Virus record (IMG/VR): IMGVR_UViG_3300013426_000018
Location: 64,001-128,000 of that record
Length of the DNA: 64,000 bases
Reading direction: 5' to 3' (one strand)
DNA from: a virus
Taxonomy: Duplodnaviria; Caudoviricetes
The translations under genes were made by a program, and so were the position numbers. The number at the start of each line of letters is the position of its first letter. Position 1 is the first letter of the stretch. Below the pieces are notes generated by a model, which saw nothing but the letters and a program-made list of their open reading frames with translations, was not told the DNA's origin and made no database searches. Shown here piece by piece: positions 1 through 13,217 of this stretch.

Positions 1-822
1 TTGTCCAAGAATCCCGTCTCCTCCTCCGGTGAAACTATCTACATCGGCGGTAACACCATTGTTACCTTTTTGGCCTCCTACAGCTGCCCAGCCAAAAGCA
101 CCAGTATCACCACCATCTGCCTTTACTCCACCAGCTCCTATTATTATTGGGTATTCTATTGAAGCAGAAAACTCACCATCTACATACGTTATCCCTCCAG
201 CTTGGCCTCCGCCACCACCATTACAATAAGTAGTATCTCCATAAGTTTTATTTACACCATTACCTCCAGCTCCTCCACCCCCAACTAGTATAGCTTCAAA
301 ATATTTATTATCATCATAAAATCTATTAAAGGTAAGAGTCTAGCTATCTTTAATAACAATATTCCAGTCAGGTTCTTCATCAATATTAGTTATTAAAGTT
401 TCTAAATCGTCTTTATAAGGGCCATAAATAATTCCAGTACTACTAATGTCTGGATAAGTTCTTCCATAAAAATTTATTGAAATTGTCATATCATCTTCTA
501 AAAAAATTTCTTTTTCTATTGTCTTAATTAAATTAGAAGAAGATATTGCTCCTTTATACTTACTGATTTTAATATAATATTTCCTTCCAGTTTCCAAAGA
601 AAACACTTTATCATCAAAAATAGTTACTTTTCCTGAATCATCTAAACGTTTAGTGGTATTAAAAGATTCAATACTTTTTTGATATATTGGTCCTCCTTCT
701 GAGTCAGGAGTATATATAAGACCCCAATAAGAATAAGTAATAGCACTTTCTGAATAGTAATCTTCTGAATTGATGATTAGTTTTTTAAAATTTAAATTAG
801 CATTTGTTCTTCCTATTGCCAT
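1..822 (-). CDS. Tail fibre-like protein with glycine-rich region (runs off window; TAG read-through at 340-342)
   Basis: ORF 340..822 continues past TAG into GGGGAGG-rich sequence; N-terminus MAIGRTNA resembles neighbouring paralogues. Confidence 0.55.
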
Positions 823-828
823 AATTAA

Positions 829-1812
829 TCACTCCACCCACATTTTATCAAATTCAACATAAAAAACATAACCATTAGTAGATGTTGCCTAAGTGGAAAC
901 TTGGATTGGATATGAGTCTGTGATATTAGAAAGGTCTAGGGCATATGATTTATCAGTTTTCTCTGTTGTAGTTGTATCTTTACATAATTCAGTAGAAACC
1001 GCAGTATCTGCTAAGACAGTTAATTTAGAAGTAGTTTTAGTGACATTATTATTTCTCTACTTTACTACATGTAGATATAGGCTGTTATAATTAGTTAAAT
1101 TTATAGAGCTATTTGTTTTTATGATATAAACATTTGAACTTCTATTAGTTGAAGTAGTACCTAAAGTAATACTTGTTGTTCCTTTAGTAACATTAGAAAC
1201 TGGTGTTTTAACTGCCCCACTTGCATTTGTCATGATAGGTTCCCAACCACCGGTAATAAAATTTTCTTCATTACCTTCATTATATAAATAACCAATATGC
1301 TAACTATAGCTGGCCCCACTCATATCAATATTAATACTAGCCCAATAACTTCCTTGATAATAGATATTCCAGATTCCCTTCTCACTTATAGTAAAATTAT
1401 TCGACCCAGTAGAATTATCATCTGGAGAATATGTTTTAAATCCATTTGTAATATAATAAGAAGTTCCAGGGGGATAAATAACTGTTAGGGTTGCTTCTGA
1501 GAAATCTAATGGGGAGACTATTTCCATATTATTTTTTAACTCAATAGTACGGGTTTTAGAAGTCCCATTATAAGAGTCAGAAATCTCATATGTTCCTTCT
1601 GGCAAGTTCTCGAAAACCCAAGCATAAGTTTGTAAAGCAGAATTTGCAGGGACATTCATATCTTTTGTCTAAGCATCTATATAATTATTAGCATCTTTAC
1701 TAAACAAAGTGCTTGATAAAGTCAAATCAGATGAGGTAGTATTACTAACTTTCAAAGATACAGTAAGATTATAGAAACCATTTAAATTTACGGCATTAGT
1801 CATTCCAATCAT
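829..1812 (-). CDS. Tail fibre/receptor-binding-like protein (code 15)
   Basis: GGAGG RBS, ATG 1812, open to TGA 829 if TAG=Gln; contains LYNEG...TGGW segment similar to 2520..3497. Confidence 0.55.
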
Positions 1813-2150
1813 GTTATTAAATTACCTCCTTTAGAAGAGTAACAAATGATTGTAGGAATGGTAATACTGGTTGCAGAAGGTCTACTTTTACTATATATAA
1901 TAACCCCTCCAGCAACTGTCTAAGCAATTGGAGCAATGGGGCAAGACTTTAAGGTAGATATATTAAAAATAACTTCAGGGATCATATCTTTAGTAATTTT
2001 AGAATTGGAAATTATTGCCTACCAAGGATAAATACGTGCAATATCAGAAAAAGAATCGTTTCCTGTCCATGTATTAGTCGGAACATTAATGTCCGTAAGA
2101 GTCAAATAAGCTAAATTTTTAATATCTTGATAAGTTTCATTCTGTGCCAT
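1809..2150 (-). CDS. Small tail-associated protein (code 15)
   Basis: GAGGAGG RBS, ATG 2150, ends IPTIICYSSKGGNLIT-TGA overlapping the next start. Confidence 0.5.
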
Positions 2151-2502
2151 TAGTAGCATCCTCCTCACCGATAGTAGCTAAATCTTCCTGATAAGTATCT
2201 TCTACCATTTGGGCAATTGTGGTGATTAATTCTTCGTTCTAAGAAGAAACAGCAGCTAACTGCTCTCTTTCATAAGCACTCTAAATTTCTCGTAAAGTAG
2301 AAGTATTTCTCCAAGGAACTACCATTTCTCCCTCAAACATACGTCCATCTCCACGGCTCCATGCTTTTCCTCTTGGAACAATACGATATCCTTCAATATA
2401 ATCATTACATTTACCGTCAAAAATATCTGTTTCATATTCTATATAATTTTCAGAGTCTTTTGAAATATGACATTTAAAATCTTTATCTAAATAAATTATC
2501 AT
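2137..2502 (-). CDS. Tail-associated hypothetical protein (code 15)
   Basis: ORF 2281..2502 extended through TAGs to TGA 2137. Confidence 0.5.
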
Positions 2503-2519
2503 TCTTTATTACCTCCTTT

Positions 2520-3497
2520 TTAAATTTCTACCCACATAGAATTAAATGTGCCTTGAGCAGAATATATAATAAAATATGGATATGCTTTATTTAATTCCAA
2601 TTTACTAATATCTGTTGCCATCTAATATACTCCAAGAGTTGTATTTGTTATTGGGGATACTGAAAAACCTGTTGAAGTAGAAGTAGTCGGGATGTTTGCG
2701 TTTGCTGGTTCTGTTTTACCTTCATTAAACCCTATATAAAAAGCCGCTGTTGACCTCATCGCTTTTGTAGCTACCCCTGTAGCACATAAAGTTTTAAATC
2801 CTATTAAATTAATAGCGTTTGTAGGAAATGCGTTACCCGCCAAATCACTAGAAGTAGAAGTTGAATTAATAGTAATACAATCATCTCCAACTGTTATCGT
2901 TGGGGATCCTTTTTTTTGAATTTTCCATCCACCAGTAAGATCAGAATACTGTTCACCATTTTTATATAGATACCATTTATCAATAAGATAAGTTTCTCCA
3001 TTACTAATAGTAAGTTTTTCATACAAGCCAGTGCTTAACTAAAAGGTCCATTCTCCACCCTCTTCTACTTTAATAGTCCATTTATCATAGTTAGAATCAC
3101 TTCGATTAATTGTTCCATTTGAATAAGAATATAAAATAGTGGTTCCAATAGAAGCAGTACAAACAGAATTCTTTGGGATATGAATCACTATAGAAGCATA
3201 AAAATAAGAAAGAGATGTTTCGTAATTTGATTTTATCTAAACTATTTTACGGTATCCTTTTGAAGAATAATTATGGATATTACTTTTAATATCTATATAC
3301 CAGTATCCCTAAGGAAGGTCTGGAAAAGTAATACTATTTCCAGAAACAGCTCGTTCATAATATTGTTGCCCGTTAGGGGGTCTATTACAACTCATCCTAA
3401 CGTATGTTCCTTCTTCTTCTGGCACAGTAATAGTTAATTTACAACTATTAGAATTTCCTATAGTAGTAACTCCACTAGTAGCATTTAAAATAGCCAT
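2520..3497 (-). CDS. Tail fibre-like protein (code 15)
   Basis: ORFs 3309..3497 and 2622..3026 are in one frame, separated only by TAGs; ends at TAA 2520. Confidence 0.6.
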
Positions 3498-3498
3498 A

Positions 3499-3921
3499 TT
3501 AGTTACCTCCTAAAATTAAAACATCTACTTTAAGAGCGACTGTCGGCTAGGTCTTTGCCCAAAAGGTTAAATAGCCTAAAGACTAACCACAACAAATAAC
3601 ATTATTATTATTATACGCCTAAACATTTGTGATTGGAGAAGCCGTTGGGGCAACAATAATATTATTATTGCTAGTAACCCCATCACAAGATACGAACTAA
3701 GCGATATATCCAGAAGTTTCATCAGCCACCCATTTGGAAATAGGTATTGTAATAGTCTATAAAGTATTCTGTATATTATCCATTTTCGTATTTAAAGAAT
3801 TTATATTTGTATTTATAGTAGAAATATTGTTTTCATTAACAATTATAGCGTCTTGCATTTCATTCAAATTAGTTGAAGTAATGACATCTCCAGAGGAATA
3901 TGTCTTTTTATTAAGAGACAT
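3499..3921 (-). CDS. Tail-associated protein with short coiled coil (code 15)
   Basis: AAGGAGAG RBS, ATG 3921, several in-frame TAGs, ends VDVLILGGN-TAA. Confidence 0.5.
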
Positions 3922-4294
3922 TTTAACTCTCCTTTCTTTGTTGTCTATCTATTCTAATTTATTTAAAAATAATCCTTAGTCTTTTTCTTCTTTTCCCCAA
4001 CTTGTCTTTTAAAAATTTTTATGATATAATATATATAGAAATAAGAGAAGGGGGACTAAATATGAAAGATGTATCTTGGAGAGCTACACATGTAAAGTTT
4101 AAAGATCTTGAAGAAGCAGCTGGACATCGACTTTCTCGTTTTGACGATATCCGCAATGGTATTTCTGGTATTACTTTGTCTATTGGAATTCCTTTTTATG
4201 AATGGGAAAAATATAGAATTACTAAAGCAGTAAAACGTCTGGGACTTTCTAATAAAAGTTGTATTTATATTAATTTTTAAGGAGTTGATACACA

Positions 4295-4744
4295 ATGCCT
4301 TATGTTGCGAAAAGTTATAAAGGACTTCCAGTAGTAGAAGAAGAATATACTAAGAATGGGCGAACCTATTGTAAAGTGCTCACTGCTAAGGGTATAGCTA
4401 AAGAAGTAAGAACTTATACTGAATCCGAATATAAAAAGATGTATGAAGTAGCTAAAACTAATTCCGTTGAAACAAAATTTGACCAGAAGAAAGCTCTTGG
4501 CTTTGACAAAGGATATATTACTATTTTTAAAGGCGCGATTGTCAAGAATGAGCACTTTTTTGAGCAGAGTTGTGCCAGATTCCATACCGCAATGGGATGG
4601 TATATTGTCTCCACAGAAGAAGTCCCTGAGTTGCCCGATGGAGTAATTGCGGTTAGGCTTAATTGGGAAGATGTCGGGGCAAATGACAAAACGCTTAAAC
4701 CTATTGAGGAAGTAAAAAAGATTGTGAAGGAGAAGACTAAATAA
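4295..4744 (+). CDS. Hypothetical early protein
   Basis: AAGGAG RBS, 149 aa ORF downstream of a sigmaA-type promoter. Confidence 0.6.
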   Translation: MPYVAKSYKGLPVVEEEYTKNGRTYCKVLTAKGIAKEVRTYTESEYKKMYEVAKTNSVETKFDQKKALGFDKGYITIFKGAIVKNEHFFEQSCARFHTAMGWYIVSTEEVPELPDGVIAVRLNWEDVGANDKTLKPIEEVKKIVKEKTK

Positions 4745-5151
4745 TGAGATTTACTAATAGACAAATGTATAAAGCTATTATTTTTCGTTTAAGCGAGGGG
4801 CCAATCACCTTTGATCTTCAGCCAACTAATGAAGAACTGTGTCAATTCTGTGCAGAACGTATTGCTTTACTTGATAAAAATAATGAAAAGGCTAAGGAAA
4901 AGCGTGCAGAAACCGCAGAAAATGATGAAATGCTTAACGCAATTTATGAATCAGTAAAGTCTGATGATTATAAGACTATTGATGATATCATATCGGATGT
5001 CTGTATGACCTATCCAGATGTCTCAGCCGCAAAGGCAATTAATCGCCTTACTAAGTTGATTTCTTCTGGGAAAGTAGAAAAAATGAATGGGTTTATTATT
5101 GATTCAGATGGAAAGAAAAGAAAAGCTATGATGTATAAAGCTATTGTTTGA
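4744..5151 (+). CDS. Putative winged-helix DNA-binding protein
   Basis: C-terminal TIDDI...SAAKAINRLTKLISSGKVEK pattern. Confidence 0.45.
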   Translation: MRFTNRQMYKAIIFRLSEGPITFDLQPTNEELCQFCAERIALLDKNNEKAKEKRAETAENDEMLNAIYESVKSDDYKTIDDIISDVCMTYPDVSAAKAINRLTKLISSGKVEKMNGFIIDSDGKKRKAMMYKAIV

Positions 5152-5161
5152 TTACATTTAT

Positions 5162-5190
5162 ATTATACCAAAAAAATTTTGTTTTGTCAA
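5162..5190 (-). promoter_or_regulatory. Consensus sigmaA/sigma70 promoter, antisense orientation
   Basis: Minus strand reads TTGACA-17 nt-TATAAT with TG extension. Confidence 0.7.
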
Positions 5191-5505
5191 TTTTTGGACT
5201 TTATAAAAAATTTTTAGTATAATATATTTGTAAAGTTTGAAAGGAGAAAACAAATATGAAATTTTATAAGGTAAAATTTAATGTAGTAAATGCTAATGAT
5301 ATTCTTAAACATACTGTCGCTTATCTGTTTTCACCTTTGAATAGTAAAAAAGAAATCTCTAAATATATGTTTAACGTATGGGCTAAGCGATATCCAAAAG
5401 GATTTATTCTTTTTGACATTGAGGAAATTTCTTTAGAGACTTTCATTAAAGAAAATAAAGAAAATCTTCATACGATGGTTCTTTCTATCATTGAGGAGGA
5501 TTAAT

Positions 5506-5808
5506 ATGCCTGCGTTTAGAAAAGCTAAATATACTATTGAACAAACTCAGGAATTAACTATGAGAGCGCTTGCGGTTCTTCAAGATTCTTCAACTCCTTT
5601 GACTATTCAAGAGATTTGCGGGAATGACATAAATCTGACAAATCAGACACCGCAGAAGATGGCAAGAGTACTTTCTAGTCTTTGTGAAATGGGCATGGTT
5701 AAGAAAACCAAAAGTAAGGGCAAAGGAAATAAAATGGTTTATGCGTCGGTAAGTTCCCTTGAAGATGCTGGATATGACATTAATAACTTTGTTTGTTAGG
5801 GGGCATAA
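5506..5808 (+). CDS. Winged-helix DNA-binding protein
   Basis: GAGGAGG RBS; LTIQEI...QKMARVLSSLCEMGMVKK; short TAG read-through to TAA. Confidence 0.55.
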
Positions 5809-5810
5809 TT

Positions 5811-6572
5811 ATGAATTGGCAAGATAGAGTAATTGAGCACTTGCGCGACCCTTTACTTGATGAGTATAGGGATAGGCTACTCTTTATCGGCGCACAGGGT
5901 AGTCAGAATCACGCCGAGTTAGCCACTACTAACTCGGACATGGATACTGTAGCGCTTGTTTTGCCTACTATGGAAGATGTTATTACTCTTGATACTTCTA
6001 ATTATGCTAAATGCCTTATTAGAGAAAATGGCGAACATATCAAAGTATATGATTTTCGTTATTGGATCAATCTTCTCTATAAGCAGAATATGAATGACGT
6101 AGAGCTTCTTTTTACGGATTACTATATGCCCTTGATGCATTCTACTGGTGCTTGTTGGAATGACCTTCTTCCTATGAGAGAACGAATCGCACGTTATAAC
6201 CCTGGCCGTACAGTTAGAACATCTCTTGGTATTATGGATTCCCGCATTAAAATTGCTAAAAACCATAGAGATGATTATGAAAATGTCTTTAAACAGTTTA
6301 AGAATTGTTATTTTCTTAATTGCTTTATTGGGGCATATACCAGCGGCCACAAATATAAAGATTGCCTTACTTTCTGTAATGGGGCAGATTTTGATGGCTA
6401 TAGAAATATGTCCGTAGAAGACTTCATTGAATGTATGGAACTTTATAAAGAAGCAAGTGAAGATAGATATCAACAGAATTATATTGGTAAGCTTGGAAAC
6501 GCTAATGATGAAAGTGTGCGGCAAGATCTTACTGAATGGGCGACTCGATTGATGAGGGAGAATATCGAATGA
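5811..6572 (+). CDS. Nucleotidyltransferase (pol-beta superfamily)
   Basis: GSQNH...SDMD signature. Confidence 0.7.
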   Translation: MNWQDRVIEHLRDPLLDEYRDRLLFIGAQGSQNHAELATTNSDMDTVALVLPTMEDVITLDTSNYAKCLIRENGEHIKVYDFRYWINLLYKQNMNDVELLFTDYYMPLMHSTGACWNDLLPMRERIARYNPGRTVRTSLGIMDSRIKIAKNHRDDYENVFKQFKNCYFLNCFIGAYTSGHKYKDCLTFCNGADFDGYRNMSVEDFIECMELYKEASEDRYQQNYIGKLGNANDESVRQDLTEWATRLMRENIE

Positions 6573-9349
6573 ATGGTATAACTGTTTTGTCTGTTGGAGA
6601 ATATACACAGACTATTGGTGGAGTTTGGACTATTGGAGCTGTTTTGCCACTAGTATTTGGCATTCTTGCTCTTATTCTTGGAGCTATGGCCTTTTTTGCT
6701 TCTGATACTGCTGGTTGTTTTGTTGGGCTATTTGCTTGTTTCATTGGTGGATGTATGATCGCTTTTTCTATACAAGAATATAAAAATAGTGGTCCGCAAA
6801 TTAGTATTCCACAATATAAAGTAATAGTATCAGATTCAGTGCCTTATAATGAATTTGTTGAAAAATATAATGTGTTAGATATAGAAGGCAAGATTTATAC
6901 CATTATCGATAAAGAAGAGTACGAAGCCGCAATAGCAGAGATTGAGGGGAGCTAAATGCTCTCCTTTTTTTGTTTTTATATAAAAATTTTGGTATAATAT
7001 ATTTAGGAAAAGAAAAGGAAAGATTGATTATGAATATTTCTAACTATGATGTATATACTCAGCGCATGAAGATTGGCAAAGAGAGAAAAGTGAATGCTAT
7101 CTTTGGGCTTGGCCGCATCATGTGCTTGCCGCAATGGAAGGTAGTATGAGAGTAGAAATTAATGAAGATTTCAGAATTGTGCCGCAAATTAGGCAAATTG
7201 AAAGAGATTTTTGTATTAAGTTGCTTGATGATTTATTTACTCATCACAAAATGCTACTTACGAGGGAGAAAAAATAATGAAAATTGAAGATAAGCGTCCT
7301 TATAATTATAAAAGATTTAGAGATATTGATATGGGAACTTGCTTTGAATGGGATCATAGTCCCTTCTTAAAGGTTAAAGATTATGCTAAAACACCTTATG
7401 GAGTTGCTCTCCATACGGGAGACTTGCTTTCTTTTGAAGGCGATGAAAAGGTAACTCCTCTGAAGAATGTTAAAGTAGTTATTGGGGAGTGATATAATGG
7501 ATATTAAAGTAAAAGATAATAGAATACTATCAGCAAGATTTCTTGATATTTGTTATGGAGATTTTTTTATTTATGATGGTAATGTCCATATAAAAACAGA
7601 GGGTTTTCATGTGGACAATGGTCCGATGGAAAAATTTTATAATAGCATTGATACTAATGGTAATTTTCGTTATTTTGTTCCTGCTGTTTTGATTAATCTT
7701 ATTAAGAAGATGACTCTTGCTATTGAGGGGTAATTATGGGAAAGAAAAAGAAATATTATAAGAAGCCAGAAGTAAAGGAAGAGCTTCCTGATACTCCTGA
7801 AAGACGTGCTCAGCTTATTAAATCTTATGAGGGGCAAATTGCGTATTGTTATAAACGCATCGCAAAAGCTCAAAAGAAAGTCAACTCGAATAAAAAGCAT
7901 CGTTGGTGGACCACAGAAAGCATGCTCAGTGAGCAGCGACATTTTTATAAGAACATAGTAGAATGGCAGAGACGCATTGACGCATGTAAGAATGGTTCCC
8001 CACTTGATTTTCTTGGTAGCAAGTTGAGTAAAGGGCAGAAAGAGGGGAAAAATAATGGGTAAAATTTCTAGTTCTCTTTTTTATCAGTTGGCTAAAGCCT
8101 TAGCAGAAGATAAAACAACGACTTACGATGATGTTGAGACTCTTATTGAGCAGACATTAGTATCTTGTAATGAAGAGTATCTTGATGGTTTGAAACTTTT
8201 ATGGATGCGTCGATTTGAAGTAAGACAAGATAAATTGAAAGAAAAGGATAATGATTATGGACGAGGAATCTATTCGTAATTTTTGGATAAGCCAGGAAAA
8301 GCCTAAAAACTTGCCTAAAAATTGGACTTGGGTAAATGATATGATAAATGTTTCAGAGCTTTTTAGTGCTTATAAAATTTTACATCCTGACAAAGAGCCT
8401 GCCATTCAACTTTTGCATTATATTTGTGCTCCATGGAAGATGAAAGAAGAAGTAGAATTTTGGTTTTCAAATTATATAACAGAAAATTTTATTTATATTT
8501 GGCGACCTATGTTTTGTGACCCTGATTATGAACCAGATATTGAAACAGATTTTTATCTTGATATTTTGGAGGACGATGAAGATTATGAAGAAGAAGAGGA
8601 CGAATAATATCACTTTTGGATTATTCAGTAGTAAGAATATTATTTAGAATATTAAAGATGTTCCTATTTATTTTAAACGTTTATGGTTTCTTTTAAATCA
8701 TGGCTATTCTTCTGTGGCTCAATGGGAGACTTATCAATGGTTTATACATGTTATGTAGGAAATTTTTATTAATTACAAGTATCATCGTGAAGGAGACATT
8801 CCTTTTGAGAATTGTCCAGAAGAAAAGTGGAGTGAAAAGAATAACGAACTTTATGAAGTTTTATTGAGTTATTTAGATAAAATGGATGAGGAAAAATATT
8901 CTTATTCTATGTGGACTAAAGAGAAGCAAGACAGAATTAAGGTAAAAAATAAATTCTTTCAAGTATTTGCGGAATACTTTTATGATTTTTGGGATTAAGT
9001 AGGTAAATTATTTTTTGCTTTTTCTTAAAATTTTTATTATAGTATTTATAGAAAAAGAAAGAGGTTAATGAGTATGGATAGAGCTCCTGGTATTATGACC
9101 GTTAAGGAAATGAAGGAAATTCTTAATGACTACTCCGACAATGATAAAGTTTATATTCTCTCTCTACATTACGATGACCACTCTGTGGCTATCCTGAACG
9201 TGCGGAATATTGATACGAATAATGGAGAAGAGATTCTCTACGATAATAGTGAGAATTGGTAATGACGCCAAAAAAATTCTCGGCGTCAGGACAATTTTAG
9301 AAAATAATGTCAATACATTTTTTATATCTTTATGAAAGGAGCTTAGAAG

Positions 9350-9490
9350 ATGAAAAAAGAAAGTAAAATTGAGTTGCGTATTGATAAAGAAACTAAACAA
9401 AAGTTTATTGAATATGCAAAAAAAATTAATAAAAATATTAGCTCTATTCTTAGAGATTTTATAGAGGAGTGCATTGATAAAAATGGGTAA
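9350..9490 (+). CDS. Ribbon-helix-helix protein
   Basis: MKKESKIELRIDKETKQKFIEYAKKINKNISSILRDFIEECI, RBS AAGGAG. Confidence 0.55.
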   Translation: MKKESKIELRIDKETKQKFIEYAKKINKNISSILRDFIEECIDKNG

Positions 9491-10230
9491 ATTGTATAGA
9501 TTTAACTGGTTAGCGTTTTGGTAAATTGACTGTAATTGAAAGAGATTTAAATTATGCGAAAGAGCATAATTTAAAATGTTAGACTGGGGTTTATTGGAAA
9601 TGTCAATGTGATTGTAGGAATTTTAAAACTGTTAGCACAACTAATTTAAATGCTGGTAAAAAAGTTAATAGAAATTTTAGTTGTGGAAAATGTCGAGCTT
9701 AGGTTAGAGATCTTACTGGAATGACTTTTGGAAAACTTACAGTATTAGGGTTAGATGAAACTTATTTATCTAAAAGAAAATATTGGGAATATAAATGGCT
9801 TTGTAAATGTGAATGTGGTAATATAGTTTCTGTTTATGGAAATAATTTAACAAGATTTACATACTACTTCTTGTGGTTGTATTAATTATTCAGTAGGAGA
9901 AAAAAATATTGAATAGCTTTTAAATAAGTATAATATTAAATTTATTCCTCAATATAGTTTTGAAGATTTAAAATCAGTAACAAAATTACGTTTTGATTTT
10001 GCTATATTTGATAAAAATAATCAATTATATGAATTAATTGAATTTGATGGTAGATAGCATATGAATAATTATATTCCGTGGAATTCTAAAGAAACTTTAG
10101 AAGAACGTTAGCGTCGAGATCAAATAAAAAATGATTATTGTAACAAGAATGGGATTAAATTAATTAGAATTCCTTATACTAAAAGAGATTCTATAACTTT
10201 ATCTTTATTAGAATTAGAGGAGGTAATATA
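9483..10230 (+). mobile_element. Free-standing homing-endonuclease-like gene (TAG-rich; apparent frameshift near start)
   Basis: DLTGQRFGKLTV...WKCQCDC repeats and LRFDFAI...LIEFDGRQH nuclease-like end when TAG=Gln. Confidence 0.65.
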
Positions 10231-10231
10231 A

Positions 10232-11029
10232 TTGAATTACTATCTTACGGGCGATTGTCACGGAGATTTTTCGCGTTTTTATGATTTTACTAAAGATATA
10301 GACCCGAAAAATTGTTGCTTTATTTGCTTGGGAGACTTCTGCGCAAATTATTATTTAAATAAGACTGACTATAAAAATAAAAAAAGATTAAATTCATTAG
10401 GAAGTCAATTTTATATAATCCGAGGCAATCATGAACAACGCCCGTCTCTTATCCCTACTATTCAATGGGCCTATGATGAACAAGTCAGTGGCATTGTAGG
10501 CACTGAACCAGAGTTTCCCAATATTCATTATTTTAAAGATGATGTAAATGAGTATATTATTAATGAGTATAAATGTTTAATTGTTCCTGGAGCATTTAGT
10601 GTCGATGGAGAATATAGACGTCAAAGAACACTTAGTAATGGTTGGTGCGGCTGGTGGGAAAATGAACAGCTTACGCAAGAAGAAATGGATGCAGGATTCG
10701 CACTTGCCGCAAATAAATCTTATGATTTTATTCTTAGCCATACTTGTCCAATTTCCATTGGGCCTACAGATTTATTTCTTTCTGTGGTGAATCAGAAAGA
10801 AGTTGACAAGACTATGGAAAATTATTTGGAAAAGATTAAGGAAAATACTTCTTTTAAGTGCCTTTGCTTTGGGCATTATCATTCTGATCGTCTTGAACGT
10901 CCAAACGCACAGATGTTCTTCCAAGAGGTAGAATCAATGGATGACATTTTTGCACGAGTGACACAGCCTGTGACCGCACCTGATTATAAGCATATTAAAT
11001 CACCTAATTATTATATGGAGGATAATTAA
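10232..11029 (+). CDS. Calcineurin-like metallophosphoesterase
   Basis: GDCHG, LGD, RGNHE, SHT, GHYH motifs. Confidence 0.85.
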   Translation: MNYYLTGDCHGDFSRFYDFTKDIDPKNCCFICLGDFCANYYLNKTDYKNKKRLNSLGSQFYIIRGNHEQRPSLIPTIQWAYDEQVSGIVGTEPEFPNIHYFKDDVNEYIINEYKCLIVPGAFSVDGEYRRQRTLSNGWCGWWENEQLTQEEMDAGFALAANKSYDFILSHTCPISIGPTDLFLSVVNQKEVDKTMENYLEKIKENTSFKCLCFGHYHSDRLERPNAQMFFQEVESMDDIFARVTQPVTAPDYKHIKSPNYYMEDN

Positions 11030-13217
11030 ATGGACGGAATCACTGTTGTAAATACTATTCAGGGCATTGTTGGTTATGGTAATGGTTGGAGCTTTTAGGT
11101 AATACCAAGCCAAGCCAATTTATGGCCCTCAACAAGTTGTTCTCATAGATGATGATGTTTCATTTAATGATTTTATGGATAGATATGTGATTGTTGCTCA
11201 TGAGGGTGAACTCTATACTATTTATGAAAAGTAAATTTTTGTAATAATTAAAAATTTTTAGTATAATATTTATAGAAAGATTAAGAAAGGGAGTTGTGAA
11301 ATATGTATTCTGTTTATTTTACTGCTACAGTTTATGAAGATAATGGCACTCATCGGGTTGAATGTGGGGCTATTACCAATATTAATAGCTATGTTGATGC
11401 TATGAAAAAGCTTGAAAATTTTTATGGAGATACTCTTGATAAAATCGAAATTAAGTTATTTGATACTGAGATGATGGTTTTTACTCCTGAAGATGGCATT
11501 CGCATTCAGGAAATTCTGGCAGGTAATGCCTTTTGAATTGTGATAGTTGCGTAATTGCCCATCTTGGAATTAATGGAAATTGCCCAATTTTTAATAGAGA
11601 TATGTAGGGAAATGATGGTTGTCCAATGTATGCTTCTAAATTAAACCCTTGTGGGATTTGTGGCGGCCATATTATGGGTGAATCTATTATTGATCGAGAT
11701 GAATAGGGTAATTTTCATCAAATTTGTGTCGGATGCTCAGCAAGGGAAGAATGTAATATTTGCGTAAATGCTGGGGCATGTCAATTTGATAATATGAATA
11801 TCCATCCTGAAATTCAGCCCTATATTATGAAAGTGGAGCGACAGGGGCCAATGACAATTCAAAGACAAGCTCCAAATGAAAAACGAATTGAAGTAATTTG
11901 TAAAGAATGCTTGTGCTATAATTCAGAAGATAAAGAAAAATATTGTTGTAAACAAATTGGCGGATGTAAGAATTACAAAGTGAATTGGAGAGATTAATAT
12001 GTATCATTGGCTTACTAGCAAGAACGTTAAAGTTCATCAACGTAGAATGAATAAGCGTATACGTGATTTTAACAATAATATCAAAAATGATAGCCTTTGG
12101 CGAGGACGCTTTTATGTTCATCAGGTTGGGAGACAGAGGCTCACTTATGAAGATGGTAGCGGTATGGAGTTGTGGGTAATTCTTGAACTTGTTGACCGCA
12201 AAACTGGACGCACTAAGCGGATTTCTGGCACTGTTAACCATTTGACGTTTACCGGAGACCTTTGGATGGCAATGAATTCTTTTATAGTGGATACAATTTC
12301 TGTTTGGTCAGAAGACCCTCGTCCGGGCACAAAAGAGTGGTTTGAGAATATTGATTGGGAGGAATAAATATGTTTTATATTAATTTAATTTTTCTATTTA
12401 TTTGGGTTTTTTCTTTGATAGTTGAAATTTCTAATAAGGGAAGTGAGGAGGATATTTTCCATAATGCAGTATGGATTTTTAATTTTGCTTATCTTGTTTT
12501 ATGGTCTTCTTCTTTGGCCCTCCCTATTGCCGTTTCTTATGGTATTGAGATTTTCCTTGCAACTATTTGGGGCATTGATACTTATAAGCTCTATAAAGTA
12601 GGCAACAGTGTCAAATCTATCTCTTTGATAATGATGGTCTTATGGATTGTAGCAATTATTATGAGAATTAAAGGAGCTATTTAATTAGTTCCTTTTTTGT
12701 TTTTTATTAAAAATTTTGTTATAATATTTATGTAAAAAAGATAAGGAATGAGGTATGAATTATGGATGACGTATTCGGTTGCATGTTTGTGCGGAAACAG
12801 ATGATTGACGATTTTATCGAAGTTCTTGGGGCTACAGATGATCCAAATGATTATAGTAATCAAGTGGATGCCGCACGATGTGTAGGTATTAATATGAATG
12901 ATTTGACCACTGACGAAATTGAGTACATTGAAAGGAAGCTTAGTAATGGAGATTACTAATAAAGAAGCTGTCTTTAATGCTTTAAAAACCTATGGATGTT
13001 CTACCTCTAAGCAAATTGCAAATCTTATTCATAAAGATTATAACATTAATATTACTCCCGCCCAAGTAGCTGGCTCGATTCGAACATTTATTAAAAGTGG
13101 TATGGCCGCAAGTTCTAAGGATGGGTATAACAATACTTACTATTGGCTTAATGATAACTGTTTTTGGGGCAATATCGCAGTTCTTGACGATATCTCTGGT
13201 ATTTGGAGGCTTAAAAA

